Source: Synechococcus sp. (lineage in GTDB: Bacteria; Cyanobacteriota; Cyanobacteriia; Thermostichales; PCC-7336). From it: a stretch of DNA of 18,216 bases. The translations under genes and the position numbers were made by a program. A model generated the notes under the pieces. It ran no database searches. It was not told the DNA's origin and worked only from the letters and a program-made list of their open reading frames with translations. Location: the NCBI GenBank assembly GCA_051439425.1, contig JBFRWD010000041.1:1-18216 (forward strand). The letters are read 5' to 3'. Position 1 is the stretch's first letter. Each line of letters begins with the position of its first letter. Positions 16,565 through 18,216 of this stretch are shown piece by piece.

Positions 16565-17518
16565 ATGGCAATTCCTGGTTGGCAACGAACCGAGTCTCCT
16601 TTCCATGTTGGGGAGCGTACGATTCAAGAGCGCTTCGGCGCGTTAGAGCAGATGGATTATCAGGGCCGACGGATGATCCGGGAGTTTTTGCCCGAGCAGC
16701 ATCGTCAGTTCTATGCTCAGCTGTCATATTTTATTGCCGGAACAGTGGATGATGCAGGCAATCCCTGGGCGTCAATCCTCATTGGTGAGCCGGGGTTTGT
16801 GTCGACGCCCACCGATCGCACCCTCCACATTTCTGCTCAACCTCTGTATGGCGACCCCCTGGCCAATCATCTGTCGGTGGGTGATGACATCGGTTTCCTC
16901 GGAATCGAGTTACATACTCGTCGGCGTAACCGGGTGAATGGAACTGTGAACGCGATTTCTGCTGACGGCTTTGAGGTTCAGGTCGGGCAAACGTTTGGCA
17001 ACTGTCCTAAATTCATTCAGGCGCGGCAGTTCGATATTCAGGTGTTTGACCCAACTGAAGTCAAACCCGTTCAAACGATGACGGTTTTGGAAGACCGCGA
17101 TCGCGACACGATTGCTGCTGCCGATACCTTCTTTATTGCAACAGCCTTTCAGGATGACTCTGCTGGAGCTGCTAAAGGTGTCGATGTGTCTCATCGGGGG
17201 GGCAAGCCTGGGTTTGTTCGTATAAATGGCGAGACTCTGACTATTCCTGACTATGCGGGGAATTGCCACTTCAACACCTTCGGTAATATCGAGGTCAATC
17301 CTCGGGCCGGTCTCCTGTTTGTAGACTTTGAAACTGGCAACCTGCTCTATCTCACCGGAAGCGCCGAAGTTGTCTGGGATGGCGATCCCGAAATTGCTGA
17401 CTACGCAGGTGCCGAAAGACTGTTCAAATTTAAAACCATCCGTGGGATTCGAGTAGAAGGCAGCCTGCCCTTCAGTTGGTCCGCTCCGGAGTACTCGCGA
17501 TTTCTGGAGCAGACTTGA
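16565..17518 (+). CDS. Pyridoxamine 5'-phosphate oxidase-like FMN-binding protein (two split-barrel domains)
   Basis: SPFHVGE..IQ, GNPWASIL.G.PGF, TRRRNRVNG, FGNCPKFIQAR, ADTFFIAT, DVSHRGGKPGFV, PDYAGN..FNTFGN...NPRAGLLFVDF. Confidence 0.9.
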   Translation: MAIPGWQRTESPFHVGERTIQERFGALEQMDYQGRRMIREFLPEQHRQFYAQLSYFIAGTVDDAGNPWASILIGEPGFVSTPTDRTLHISAQPLYGDPLANHLSVGDDIGFLGIELHTRRRNRVNGTVNAISADGFEVQVGQTFGNCPKFIQARQFDIQVFDPTEVKPVQTMTVLEDRDRDTIAAADTFFIATAFQDDSAGAAKGVDVSHRGGKPGFVRINGETLTIPDYAGNCHFNTFGNIEVNPRAGLLFVDFETGNLLYLTGSAEVVWDGDPEIADYAGAERLFKFKTIRGIRVEGSLPFSWSAPEYSRFLEQT

Positions 17519-17724
17519 CCTCGATCGATGCCCCATCAAAAGCAATACTGCACGCCGATCAATCAAATTTAGGTTGAGGGACAGTCATGAATCATCGGGG
17601 CAAGTAGTGTTTTATCTGCATGGAATGCGTCAGGTCTATTGTTGCTTCTCTTGCAGATGGGAAGTAGGGGATGAGGTGGTAGACGAAAGTGTGGATGTTT
17701 AGGTAGAGACGTTATCAATATCAA

Positions 17725-18216
17725 TTAGTCAGCCGATTGGATTTGCTGGAAGATGGCGTCAACTCGGCCGAGAAGATTTTGGTCGGGTTGGCGATCGGCT
17801 TGTTCGGAATAGTTGCGGTAGTTACGCGCCATTACTTCCATCCAGCTTGCAAAGCTTTGTGGATATTGCTCGAAAAATGGCAGTAGCGATCGAACCGCCT
17901 CTTCAGCCACACGTAACGCCTCTTCCCGTCGCCCCAAGTCGCTGAGCTTCTTGCCGAGGTTGTTCAAGCTATTAGCCAGGTTGGGCAAAAAGGCATCGGG
18001 TCGACTCTCGGCCAGCTGGCGTCTGATCTCAACGGCTTCTTCCGCCGCGCGTAACGCCTCTTCCCGTCGCCCCAAATCGCTGAGCCTATTTCCGAGGTTG
18101 TTCAAGCTCAAAGCCAGGTCGGGAAAAAAGGCATCGGGTCGGCTATCGGCTAGATAGCGATAAATCTCAACGGATTCTTCCGCCGCGCGTAACGCTTCTT
18201 CCCGTCGCCCCAAATC
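17725..18216 (-). CDS. Tetratricopeptide-repeat protein, C-terminal part (5' end outside the window)
   Basis: Frame open to the window edge; 46-aa repeats LSDLGRREEALRAAEE.VEI.R.LA.SRPDAF.P.LA.SLNNLG. Confidence 0.92.
   Translation of the reverse strand, partial: DLGRREEALRAAEESVEIYRYLADSRPDAFFPDLALSLNNLGNRLSDLGRREEALRAAEEAVEIRRQLAESRPDAFLPNLANSLNNLGKKLSDLGRREEALRVAEEAVRSLLPFFEQYPQSFASWMEVMARNYRNYSEQADRQPDQNLLGRVDAIFQQIQSAD
17893..18216 (-). repeat. Intragenic tandem repeat, 138-bp period
   Basis: TTCCCGTCGCCC recurs at 17923, 18061 and 18199 (exact 138-nt spacing) with high nucleotide similarity between units. Confidence 0.95.

Larger units (their letters stand above)
1143..17104. repeat. 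HIP1 octamers (GCGATCGC), dispersed
   Basis: Seen at 1143, 2072, 5186, 6020, 6663, 8041, 8568, 9845, 10111, 10521, 11557, 11941, 12160, 13110, 14471, 14634, 17097. Confidence 0.9.

Noticed and set aside
17515..17528. TTGACCTCGATCGA at the end of the PNPOx-like gene as a second Fnr-type box
   Set aside because: Right half-site is poor and no co-oriented gene follows.
16910..17566. 218-aa antisense ORF over the PNPOx-like gene
   Set aside because: Antisense shadow with no family motifs.

Overview
Cyanobacterial chromosomal window; at least 17 copies of the HIP1 octamer GCGATCGC were counted by eye. The left edge holds a decayed IS6-family transposase (minus strand) that appears to be cut off by the end of a second element. 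Core-like genes follow: miaA, an orphan HAMP sensor histidine kinase, a GAF-SpoIIE/PP2C phosphatase, a small membrane protein, argH, lepB, a secreted heparinase-I/polysaccharide-lyase-like protein and a gamma-glutamyltransferase. From 11.6 to 17.5 kb lies an accessory, probably redox/electrophile-detoxification cluster with two regulators. A TetR repressor with three palindromic operators is divergent from a CxxC TrxB-like flavoprotein and a YHS protein. A Crp/Fnr regulator is followed by a TTGAC-N4-GTCAA box in class-II geometry ahead of a Tat-exported alpha/beta hydrolase, a VOC protein and a PNPOx-like protein. A ~100-bp dispersed MITE-like repeat with nested inverted repeats sits at several gene junctions, and one copy appears to supply a stop codon. 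The window ends in a partial TPR gene built of near-identical 138-bp units. All family calls are from motif recognition; no database search was run.
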